From an uncultured Eubacteriales bacterium (lineage in GTDB: Bacteria > Bacillota > Clostridia > Oscillospirales > Acutalibacteraceae): DNA of 64,000 nt. Shown here one piece after another: positions 56,115-64,000 of the stretch. The stretch covers positions 228,472-292,471 of the forward strand of contig CAKSLH010000003.1 of assembly GCA_934466515.1 (NCBI GenBank), written 5' to 3'. Below the pieces are notes generated by a model, which saw only the letters and a program-made list of their open reading frames with translations, was not told the origin of the DNA and made no database searches. The position numbers and the translations under genes were made by a program. The stretch's first letter is position 1. The number at the start of each line of letters is the position of its first letter.

Positions 56115-57686
56115 ATGAAAATGATATTAAAAAGTATAAAAAAATTAAAAAGCTTAAGTGCAGTGGTTTTAATATCAACTATTTTGGTATTTCAGATAAC
56201 AGGCGGAACTGTTGTTTCTGCGGCTTCATATGAAGGCAAAGGAACAAAATCCAGTCCGTATCTTGTAACAAATGCCGAACAGCTTGACGGCATGAGGAAC
56301 AAGCTTTCAGCTCATTATAAGTTGGCAAACACTATAGATATGTCGTCGGTTGCGAATTTTACACCTATCGGAGATAACAGTAAGGAATTTACCGGCAGCT
56401 TTACCTGCGATAAGGGAAGCGACGGAAAGCCTCTTTATATTATAAAGAATTTAACTGTTAACCCTCAGTTGACTGGATGCACAAAGGCAGAAAAATTTTC
56501 AGGCTATAAGGGCGATGATAAACCGTCCGGATGGGAAATAGGACTTTTCGGCAGCACAAAGGGAGCAACACTTGAAAATATTGTCGTACTGAATGCAAAT
56601 GTTACAAGTCCCGTTGAAGGCCTTTCTTCTATGAACAGCGACTGGTCCGGAAATGCAGGTACAGCTCAGCAGGGAACGGGAATTTTAATCGGTTTTGCAG
56701 TCAATACAACTGTTAAGGGCTGTGGAAGCAGCGGAACAGTAACCTCTAAGTCCAACAATACCGGCGGACTAATAGGAGCTTTAACCGGCAAATCTACTCT
56801 CAGCAGAAGCTATTCCTACGCAACCGTTACTTCGACGGGTACTTGGAGTGCAGGCGGACTTTTGGGTTCAACTGAAACACAATGGGGAAAATATGTAGCC
56901 AATGTTAAGATAAGCGAGTGCTTTTATAACGGAACTTTTTCCGGCGGTGTTACCGGTGCAGGAGCATTTTGCGGGCCTGCTCCTTCTAAGGATAAAAGTA
57001 CCGGCGACAGTGTGACAGTTGAAAACTGTTGGGCAGGAGGAACTGTAAAAACGGCTTCATCGGGATGCTTTTTCGGAACCGATAATCTTAATACTATAGA
57101 TGATGTTGATTTTAATTATGTTAAGAATTGTTACACTCTTTGCAAAATTGAGGGAAGAACAAAAGCTCAAACCAATAAAAAGGTTACGAACAACTGCTAT
57201 ATAACCGATGAACCGGGAGGTCTTGAAATCGGCTTTGCGGCTGCAAGTATGGCAGAAATAAATGCGGCATATAAAAATATTTCCGTTTGGACTGTTACCG
57301 ACGGCGCTTATCCTCAGCTTAAAAATATTAATGCTGTAAACGATGCTTCGGCTTATACCCCCGGAGCGGCTCAGCAAAGCAATTCCGATAATCAGGATTC
57401 TAAGACCGATTCAGATACGGCGGCTGCCGATAATACCGACGATACGCAATCAGATACAAAAAAGTCTGCAGATCAAACCGGAGTAAATGTCGTTGTCAAC
57501 GATAAGCTTACAGCAATGGGAACAGCTGAGCTGGTTTTAATAATCGTTCTGGTTATTGCTTTTGTTGCTCTTTCGGCATTCGGCGTCTGGACGATAATAC
57601 TTATAAGAAAATTCCTTTCTGCAAATGCGGTTAAAGAAATAAAAAACGAAGACGCGGATAAAGTGGATGTTAATTCCGATAATTAA
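56115..57686 (+). CDS. GLUG-motif cell-surface protein with C-terminal TM anchor
   Basis: Signal peptide. Repeated GLUG-type motifs (IGLFGSTKG, GGLIGALTG, GGLLGSTET). Acidic Ser/Thr/Asp-rich stalk and a C-terminal TM helix. Confidence 0.6.
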   Translation: MKMILKSIKKLKSLSAVVLISTILVFQITGGTVVSAASYEGKGTKSSPYLVTNAEQLDGMRNKLSAHYKLANTIDMSSVANFTPIGDNSKEFTGSFTCDKGSDGKPLYIIKNLTVNPQLTGCTKAEKFSGYKGDDKPSGWEIGLFGSTKGATLENIVVLNANVTSPVEGLSSMNSDWSGNAGTAQQGTGILIGFAVNTTVKGCGSSGTVTSKSNNTGGLIGALTGKSTLSRSYSYATVTSTGTWSAGGLLGSTETQWGKYVANVKISECFYNGTFSGGVTGAGAFCGPAPSKDKSTGDSVTVENCWAGGTVKTASSGCFFGTDNLNTIDDVDFNYVKNCYTLCKIEGRTKAQTNKKVTNNCYITDEPGGLEIGFAAASMAEINAAYKNISVWTVTDGAYPQLKNINAVNDASAYTPGAAQQSNSDNQDSKTDSDTAAADNTDDTQSDTKKSADQTGVNVVVNDKLTAMGTAELVLIIVLVIAFVALSAFGVWTIILIRKFLSANAVKEIKNEDADKVDVNSDN

Positions 57687-57697
57687 GAGGTAACAAG

Positions 57698-58627
57698 ATG
57701 GTCAATATTCGTAAAAAAAATAAACTTGGGGGAGCAGGCGAAAGATTTGCATGCAATATGCTTTGCCTGCCGGGTTTGCTCTCTCTTGTTTTATTTCACT
57801 TTGTACCGGTTTTCGGTATAATACTTGCCTTTAAGAAATACAGCTATTCAAAAGGCATTCTCGGAAGTGATTGGGTAGGATTTAAAAACTTTGAATTCTT
57901 TTTCAAATCAAATGATATGGTAAGAATTTTAAGAAATACAGTCCTTTATAATGTTGCGTGGATGCTGCTTGTAAACATCTTTTTGGGTATTGTTGTGGCA
58001 ATCCTTTTATATGAAGTTAAAAGCCGCTGGGCTAATAAGCTTTATCAGACCTCTATGCTTATTCCGAACTTTATTTCATGGGTTGCTGTGGCATACATAG
58101 GTTATATTTTACTCAGTCCTACAGAAGGCGTTTTGAATAAGGCTATTGTAGCAATGGGCGGAACTGCGGTCAAATGGTATTCAGAGCCGTCCTATTGGCC
58201 CGCAATCCTTACATTCTTTGCAGTATGGAAGGATGTCGGAATGGCAAGCCTTTACTATTATGCTTCGCTTCTGAGTATTGATACTACTCTTTATGAAGCT
58301 GCATCTATTGACGGAGCAGGAAGATTTAAGCAAATTATGACAATATCTATTCCCGAATGCTTGCCGATGATGTGTATGGTACTTATTCTCAGAATGGGAC
58401 AGGTAATGAATATAGGTATGGATATATTCTATCAGGTTCCTATGCAGCAAAGCGCGCTTTATGAAACAACAGATGTTATTTCAACCTATCTTTACCGCGG
58501 CCTTGCCAGCGGCGATATAGGAACAACCGCCGCTGTAGGCTTGTTCCAGTCGCTTATCGGTGTAGTTTTACTGTTTGCAACCAATATGATAATCAAAAGG
58601 GTAAATCCCGAAAATGCGGTTTTGTAA
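57698..58627 (+). CDS. carbohydrate ABC transporter permease (LplB/YtcP family)
   Basis: BPD_transp_1 signature (EAASIDGAGRFKQIMTISIP). N-terminal pattern typical of polysaccharide-uptake LplB. Confidence 0.8.
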   Translation: MVNIRKKNKLGGAGERFACNMLCLPGLLSLVLFHFVPVFGIILAFKKYSYSKGILGSDWVGFKNFEFFFKSNDMVRILRNTVLYNVAWMLLVNIFLGIVVAILLYEVKSRWANKLYQTSMLIPNFISWVAVAYIGYILLSPTEGVLNKAIVAMGGTAVKWYSEPSYWPAILTFFAVWKDVGMASLYYYASLLSIDTTLYEAASIDGAGRFKQIMTISIPECLPMMCMVLILRMGQVMNIGMDIFYQVPMQQSALYETTDVISTYLYRGLASGDIGTTAAVGLFQSLIGVVLLFATNMIIKRVNPENAVL

Positions 58628-58639
58628 GGGGTGAATAAT

Positions 58640-59524
58640 ATGAAAGTCAATAAGGTTTATTTAACGATAGTACATATTATTTTCCTGATTATGACGGTGC
58701 TGTTTTTATTGCCGTTTTTAATCATTGTTATTATTTCGGTAACACCCGAGGTTCAGATATCGTCTTCCGGATTTTCTTTGATACCGAATTCAATAGATTT
58801 CAGCGCTTATAAATACTTATTTGCGGATTTCGGAGTTATTATGCGTTCAATTATCTGGACGGTATTTCTTTCTTTAACGACGCCTATACTTCCGATAATT
58901 GCGCAAGCCTGTATGGCGTATGCGCTCAATAAAAAGACAAAGTTTTTATTGAGAAAGCCGACAAATGTGCTTCTTACACTTGCGATGTTTATAAGCGGAG
59001 GTATGATTCCGACATATATCGTTCTTACACAGTGGTATCACTTAGGAAACAATCCCTTAATTTACTTTTTTAACTCAGCATGGGTTTCCTTATGGGGAGT
59101 TTCGCTTTATAAAACATTTTTTAAGGGTGTTTCTCCGTCTCTTATCGAGGCGGCTCAGATTGACGGTGCAAGCGAATTTAAAATTCTTATGAAGATTGTA
59201 GTTCCGATGTGTACTCCGATTTTGGCAATGCAGTATTTTACTGGGGTCATCGGTACTTGGAACAGCTGGCAGGTATCAATGATTTATATGCAGCGCTCTG
59301 AGGAATTATGGACCTTCCAGTATTATCTGCAAAGAGTAATGGAAAACTCGCAAATTATTATAAACGCCTTAAAGGGCGCAGGTATAAGAGATTTGTCCTC
59401 TATACCGATAACAACAATGAAATATGCGGAATGTGCGCTTTCGGTAATTCCCGTTTTGTGTCTCTTCCCGTTAATTCAAAAATATTTTGCCAAGGGCATA
59501 GCCGTTGGCTCTGTAAAAGGATAA
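58640..59524 (+). CDS. carbohydrate ABC transporter permease (LplC family)
   Basis: EAAQIDGASEFKILMKIVVP EAA-loop. Six TM helices. ATG 58640 follows aagggg. Confidence 0.8.
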   Translation: MKVNKVYLTIVHIIFLIMTVLFLLPFLIIVIISVTPEVQISSSGFSLIPNSIDFSAYKYLFADFGVIMRSIIWTVFLSLTTPILPIIAQACMAYALNKKTKFLLRKPTNVLLTLAMFISGGMIPTYIVLTQWYHLGNNPLIYFFNSAWVSLWGVSLYKTFFKGVSPSLIEAAQIDGASEFKILMKIVVPMCTPILAMQYFTGVIGTWNSWQVSMIYMQRSEELWTFQYYLQRVMENSQIIINALKGAGIRDLSSIPITTMKYAECALSVIPVLCLFPLIQKYFAKGIAVGSVKG

Positions 59525-59542
59525 AAATAGGAGGTTGTTTTT

Positions 59543-61141
59543 ATGAAAAAATTAGTATCGTTGCTTCTTGCCGTTACTTTGCTAGCAGGATTGCTTTCCG
59601 GCTGCGGTTCCTCCGGTAAGAAGAAAAAGCTTGTCTGGGCTACATTCGGACAGGGCTGTAAGGAAGAAAATCTTGTTCTTGAAGAATTCAATAAACAGCT
59701 TCAGGAATATCTTCCGGGAGTTGAAATTGAATTTGTAAATGTCTGGAACTGGAGCTATATGATTTCGGGCGGAGAGCAAATGGATATTGCTTGGACAGGA
59801 TATTCCTTCGATGTTGCCAACGAAACCGAAAAGGACGCATATACTCAGCTTGATGATTTAGTCGATAAATACGGAAAGAACATTAAGCAGGAAATGAAAG
59901 ATTATCCGGCTGCTTATGAAAGCGGTAAATATAATGATAAGCTTTATATGATTCCTAATCAGCAGCCTATCATTAAAGAAAGCGCTAAGCTTATAGTTCC
60001 TGTAGAGCTTGTTAAGTATATGAATGTTGACGCTCTGCTTAATGCTTGTCATTCGTCAGTAAAGACCACCGCTGAGGTTTATGAAATAATCGAAGACTAT
60101 TTTGAGGCTATTAAAGCGGCGGACGCTATTGATACCGATACCGTAGGCGTTACCTGCGATATAAATGCAATTTTCGAAACCATGGCTGTCAGAGGATATG
60201 ATTTCATAGGCGGACAGAAGGGCGCTTGGGCTTGCTACGATACAACGGTTGAAAATCCGCAGGTCGTAAGCTTCTTTGATACTGACGCATTTAAGCTGTT
60301 TTTGAAATATGCAGGAAGATGGTATGAAAAAGGATATATTTCCGAGGACGCACTTGTAACGGCAGGCGGTTCCGGCGGAAGAGCAAGTACTCTTTCGGCT
60401 CATCCTTCCGCAAGCTGGTACGCTACAAAGAATCCCGAAACAGGAGAAGAGCGCGGCGTTGTTTACGATTTCGATGAAGACGGAAATGTAACCTATCATA
60501 ATATTTTGGTTGATACCGCCGATACAAAGTATAACGGCGTAAGCGAATACGGCTCCGAGGCTACCTATCTTGTAATTCCTTCAACTGCAAAATATCCCGA
60601 AGAAGCAATGCAGCTTTTGGATTTGCTAAGAGCGCCTAAGGGTGAACCGGGTAATGAATTATATAATCTTTTGGTTTACGGCTTCGAAAAATCAAGCTCA
60701 CAGGCTAAGAAATATAAAACCTATCACTATACTTTAGAGGGCGACGAGGCTCACGGTGTTGACTATACCATTCAGCCCAGCACCGATTCTAAATACGGTA
60801 TAGCTCACTGGATGCTCGGAAACGCATATCTTGCTTACAGAACTCCGAATATTCTTGAAGGCCAGCCCGAGTATGCGTATAAGTGGACGAGCGAGATTCA
60901 GCCCACCTACAGAAAGACCGCTCTTTACGGCTTCAGAGGAGATCTTTCCGACCTTTCAATAGAGGTTTCAAATGTCTCTGCCGCTATTGAAGAATTCGAA
61001 TCCCAGCTTGTATATGGTACAAAAGGCAGTAATTATCAGTCGCTTTACAATCAGATGATGTCTAAAGCAAAGACTGCGGGTCTGCAAAAGATAACAGACG
61101 CGCTAAATAAACAAGTACAGGACTTTTTGGCAAAGAAATAA
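59543..61141 (+). CDS. extracellular solute-binding lipoprotein (LplA-like, large SBP family 1)
   Basis: Lipobox LLSGCGSSG. About 530 aa, typical of LplA-type polysaccharide-binding proteins. Confidence 0.75.
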   Translation: MKKLVSLLLAVTLLAGLLSGCGSSGKKKKLVWATFGQGCKEENLVLEEFNKQLQEYLPGVEIEFVNVWNWSYMISGGEQMDIAWTGYSFDVANETEKDAYTQLDDLVDKYGKNIKQEMKDYPAAYESGKYNDKLYMIPNQQPIIKESAKLIVPVELVKYMNVDALLNACHSSVKTTAEVYEIIEDYFEAIKAADAIDTDTVGVTCDINAIFETMAVRGYDFIGGQKGAWACYDTTVENPQVVSFFDTDAFKLFLKYAGRWYEKGYISEDALVTAGGSGGRASTLSAHPSASWYATKNPETGEERGVVYDFDEDGNVTYHNILVDTADTKYNGVSEYGSEATYLVIPSTAKYPEEAMQLLDLLRAPKGEPGNELYNLLVYGFEKSSSQAKKYKTYHYTLEGDEAHGVDYTIQPSTDSKYGIAHWMLGNAYLAYRTPNILEGQPEYAYKWTSEIQPTYRKTALYGFRGDLSDLSIEVSNVSAAIEEFESQLVYGTKGSNYQSLYNQMMSKAKTAGLQKITDALNKQVQDFLAKK

Positions 61142-61157
61142 GTAAAGGAGCAGAAAA

Positions 61158-62810
61158 TTGATTAAGAAATTATCAAAACTGTTTTCTCTTGTCTTTTCCG
61201 TGCTTTTCTTGCTTACAGTAATGTATATTCCTGTTTCGGCACTTAACGAAAATGAAGCGGTATTTTCCCTTTCCGGCACAAGCGGCGTTAAAAAGGGAGA
61301 TACCGTAGTCGTTGAAATTTCGGTAAATGCCGGAAGCGGCACTAAGATTAATGGTATGGACTTTTCTCTGCTTTTTGAAAGCGAGTATCTTTCTTATATA
61401 AGCGGCTCTGCCAAGTTAAATATGAATACGGATAATTCACCTACCGTGAGTGTTCTTAATAACAGATTAAATCTTGCTTGGGACAGCGGAACCTCTGTTA
61501 CGCTTGCAAGCGGGAAATTTGCTTCATTTAGCTTCAGAGTTGAAAATATAAGCAAGGAGCTTGAGGTTAAGCTTAATTTCGGTTCGTGCTATGCGATAAG
61601 CATAGTTTCTGGACGGGTAGTATATAAGGATATAGCAGTAAGCGTATCAAACACCGCTCTTATAAAAGGCGATAATGAAGACGCGGCAGTAAATGCCGTA
61701 ATAGCGGCAATTGACGGAATTGGCGAGGTAACCGCCGGCAGTAAATCTCAGCTGGATCTGATTTATAATGCTTATAAAAGCCTGTCTCAGGCTCAAAAGC
61801 AAAAAGTTACTAATTATGATAAGCTTGCAGAAGCTATAAGAAAGTGCGATGAGTTGATAAAGCAGGAAGAAAACGACCCTGTTGCAAAGGAAATCAAGGA
61901 TTATAAGATAAAGTACAGCGAGGCTTTAAATCTTCGCGTCAGTACGGTAGGGCCTAACGATGTCGAAAAGCTTACCGAGGCTCTTGAAGCTATGAAAAAG
62001 CTTTCTTCACAGGCACAGGTTGAGCTTTTAAGAACAAAATATCTTCTTGACTCTGTTTTAGCAAAGGCAAAGGAGCTTAAAAGCGAAGAAGACAGAAAAA
62101 ACAATGAAGAAAAACTCAGAGCCGAGGCAGAGGCTTTGGCAAATGAATACCGAAACGGTATTTATAAATGGGTGTTTGCTTTAACGACGGATACCGTCAA
62201 AATCGTTGACGGAGAGGGCGTTAATCTCGCTTATGAAGAGCTGTTGAATATTGAGATAATAAATGATATTGCTTTCAAGCTTTTGGCGCCTGAAAAGAAA
62301 CTTCTGGAATCACTTAAAAAGAGAATAGACGAGTTGAAGCTTATACAGAATCCCGAGCTTTCGGCAGCAATTGCCAAGGCAAACGATTTCAGGGAAAAAT
62401 TCGGATTTTTGTTCACTCTTAAGGATGATGAAGTTACATACGACGAAAAAATAGATATTTATATTGCCTATGAGCTTCTCAATTCTTATGATGAGGATGT
62501 AAAGGAATTGCTTTCCTCCGAGCTTGAAAGACTTGAGCAATTGATGTCTATTGCAGGCGGCCTTGAGCCTGACGAGGTCAAAGAGGTTGAAACCGTTGTG
62601 AATGAAATAACTAAAATAAAAACAGTTCACGACACCTCCGGCTTAGGAGAGTTAAAGGTTGATTTGAGCTCGAGAAAAATGAGCCTTACAGCTTATATTC
62701 TTATGGGTCTGTGTGTGCTTTCGGCAATTCTCCTCGGCATTCTGAGATACGCTTACTATAAATTGAGAAAGCGTTATTATCCGGAACAGTTTATGAAAGG
62801 GGGGATATGA
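61158..62810 (+). CDS. membrane-anchored cohesin-domain protein (scaffoldin-like)
   Basis: Signal peptide. Cohesin-like beta-sandwich (about aa 35-165: KKGDTVVVEISVNAGSGTKINGMDFSLLFESEYLSYISGS). Long helical region and a C-terminal TM helix. TTG start with RBS aaaggag. Confidence 0.55.
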   Translation: MIKKLSKLFSLVFSVLFLLTVMYIPVSALNENEAVFSLSGTSGVKKGDTVVVEISVNAGSGTKINGMDFSLLFESEYLSYISGSAKLNMNTDNSPTVSVLNNRLNLAWDSGTSVTLASGKFASFSFRVENISKELEVKLNFGSCYAISIVSGRVVYKDIAVSVSNTALIKGDNEDAAVNAVIAAIDGIGEVTAGSKSQLDLIYNAYKSLSQAQKQKVTNYDKLAEAIRKCDELIKQEENDPVAKEIKDYKIKYSEALNLRVSTVGPNDVEKLTEALEAMKKLSSQAQVELLRTKYLLDSVLAKAKELKSEEDRKNNEEKLRAEAEALANEYRNGIYKWVFALTTDTVKIVDGEGVNLAYEELLNIEIINDIAFKLLAPEKKLLESLKKRIDELKLIQNPELSAAIAKANDFREKFGFLFTLKDDEVTYDEKIDIYIAYELLNSYDEDVKELLSSELERLEQLMSIAGGLEPDEVKEVETVVNEITKIKTVHDTSGLGELKVDLSSRKMSLTAYILMGLCVLSAILLGILRYAYYKLRKRYYPEQFMKGGI

Positions 62811-62811
62811 T

Positions 62812-64000
62812 ATGAAAGCTTTGTTTAAAGGGAAAAGACTTTTAATGCTGACAGCTTCGGTTATGGCAATTGCCGTTGCCTTTGCGTCTGTTATGATATT
62901 CAAGGTTAACGCCGCGGATATTGATGAAACAAATCCCGATCTAAAGTATGCTCAAATCAATAGTGATTTGGAGACTTCTTTCAGCAGTCCTTCTTATACT
63001 CCGAGCGGTGAGCTTTCCCAGAAGGGTGGAAAGTATATTTTAACTTCAAATGCTTATTGTGTTTGGCTTGGTGTTGATGATGTTTCTTTTGCATATCGGA
63101 AATATAATGTTCTTCCAACAGGAGAAGATTACCTTGAAATCGGAACTACGGTTGAAAGCTTAGACGCAGTGCAGGGCAATATTCACGAAAATGCTTCTGT
63201 CGGACTTATGGTGCGCTCAGGCATGAACCCTGATGATTCAGAAGTATTTTTACATTGCAGAAGTAAGGGAATAACAATTGTTTACCGTTCTAAAAAAGGA
63301 AACGGAACCGGAGTCAGATACACGGATATCGACATTAAATATCCTGTACAGTTTAAGATGACAATAAAGAAAAATCAGGTTATTTGCTCTTATAAAAATG
63401 CGAATTCTTCAAACTTTATCACTGCAACGCCTGTTGCTTTTAAATTTGACGGTCCAATATATGCAGGCATAGGAATTCATTCGGTTGATGAGCATACCTT
63501 TGTTAAATCGGTTTGTAACGGTTTTACCGCTAAGGGAATAGGTAATTATGACGGTAAGGATGACAATTCTTCGTCAAGCAGCGGCGGTGATGTAATTGAA
63601 CCGTGCGACCCCGATGTTGAGCTTACAGATAAAGATATATTGCTTCGCGAAACATTTACAGACGGCTCTATGACCGATAAAAAAATGGCTGTCGGTGAAT
63701 GGGATTGGGGAAATCCTCAGTATTCAAATCTGAAAGTAGTAAACGGAAACAGAGTCTGGCTTAAGGACCTTACCGAGGATTCAGAGGATTATGTAGGAGA
63801 TGAGCATTGGACTGACTATGAGGTCCGCGCGAATTTCAGATATACCGAGAATATTGATAAGGACGCAACAAATGCTTCTAATACCTTTAAGCTTTTTGCC
63901 AGACATACATATAATCCGTTTTACGGACACAGCGATTATTCCGCTGTAGCCAAAAATGTTGTGGACGGCACAAAGCAGGAAACAAGGATTTATCTTTATA
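62812..64000 (+). CDS. secreted/anchored hypothetical protein with beta-sandwich (lectin/glucanase-like) region, 3' end outside window
   Basis: Open frame from ATG 62812 to the window end. N-terminal signal/TM (LLMLTASVMAIAVAFASV). Absent from the ORF track because it has no stop in the window. Confidence 0.5.
   Translation, partial: MKALFKGKRLLMLTASVMAIAVAFASVMIFKVNAADIDETNPDLKYAQINSDLETSFSSPSYTPSGELSQKGGKYILTSNAYCVWLGVDDVSFAYRKYNVLPTGEDYLEIGTTVESLDAVQGNIHENASVGLMVRSGMNPDDSEVFLHCRSKGITIVYRSKKGNGTGVRYTDIDIKYPVQFKMTIKKNQVICSYKNANSSNFITATPVAFKFDGPIYAGIGIHSVDEHTFVKSVCNGFTAKGIGNYDGKDDNSSSSSGGDVIEPCDPDVELTDKDILLRETFTDGSMTDKKMAVGEWDWGNPQYSNLKVVNGNRVWLKDLTEDSEDYVGDEHWTDYEVRANFRYTENIDKDATNASNTFKLFARHTYNPFYGHSDYSAVAKNVVDGTKQETRIYLY

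Noticed and set aside
1-64000. Search for CRISPR arrays, rRNA genes, insertion-sequence transposases and integrases
   Set aside because: There are no direct-repeat/spacer arrays, no rRNA-like conserved blocks, and no transposase or recombinase-like ORFs. The mobile-element signal is limited to the ImmA/XRE/UmuC cassette and the tRNA-adjacent mini-island.

Overview
This 64-kb window is a chromosomal segment from a low-GC Gram-positive anaerobe, most likely a Clostridia member. The sporulation gene ytfJ, a cohesin-domain protein, a GLUG surface protein and LplABC-type transporters point to an Oscillospiraceae or Ruminococcaceae-like organism. That assignment is inference from gene content only.

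The core housekeeping genes are truB-ribF, rny, panE, punA, argG, manA, scpA-scpB-ytfJ-dac-rluB, secG, rpsI-rplM, asp23-yloV-recG and ilvE, plus three tRNAs (Leu-GAG, Leu-CAA, Met-CAT). Several accessory features sit between them.

1. A tight seven-gene operon (36162-43711) lies next to tRNA-Leu(CAA). It encodes rfbF, rfbG and rfbH (CDP-hexose 3-dehydrase E1, carrying the His-for-Lys and Fe-S signatures), GtrA, a thiamine-pyrophosphate (TPP) acetolactate-synthase-like enzyme, an SDR reductase and a GtrB-like GT2. It is consistent with a CDP-3,6-dideoxy branched-chain (yersiniose-like) sugar pathway coupled to a lipid-linked glycosylation step.
2. A mobile-element-style DNA-damage cassette spans 27030-30822: an ImmA metalloprotease, an XRE repressor, a small Zn-ribbon protein, a sigma-region-4 protein and a Y-family polymerase. 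A 5'-truncated orphan histidine kinase lies beside it.
3. A two-gene mini-island at tRNA-Leu(GAG) carries a toxin-like C-terminal fragment plus a DUF4926 protein.
4. A MerR-type promoter with a 19-bp spacer drives a dxs-like TPP enzyme plus flavodoxin. It sits beside a truncated MATE gene.
5. Long leaders with intrinsic terminators precede oadB and ilvE, suggesting attenuation. An unexplained array of five perfect hairpins lies at 46068-46235.
6. A surface/glycan-utilization locus (55096 to the window end) contains an AraC regulator, a GLUG protein, an LplB/C/A ABC transporter, a membrane-anchored cohesin-domain protein and a secreted protein that runs off the window.

There is no CRISPR array, no rRNA and no intact transposase. 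Many antisense ORFs in the six-frame track are spurious. The track also counts GTG and TTG as start codons.
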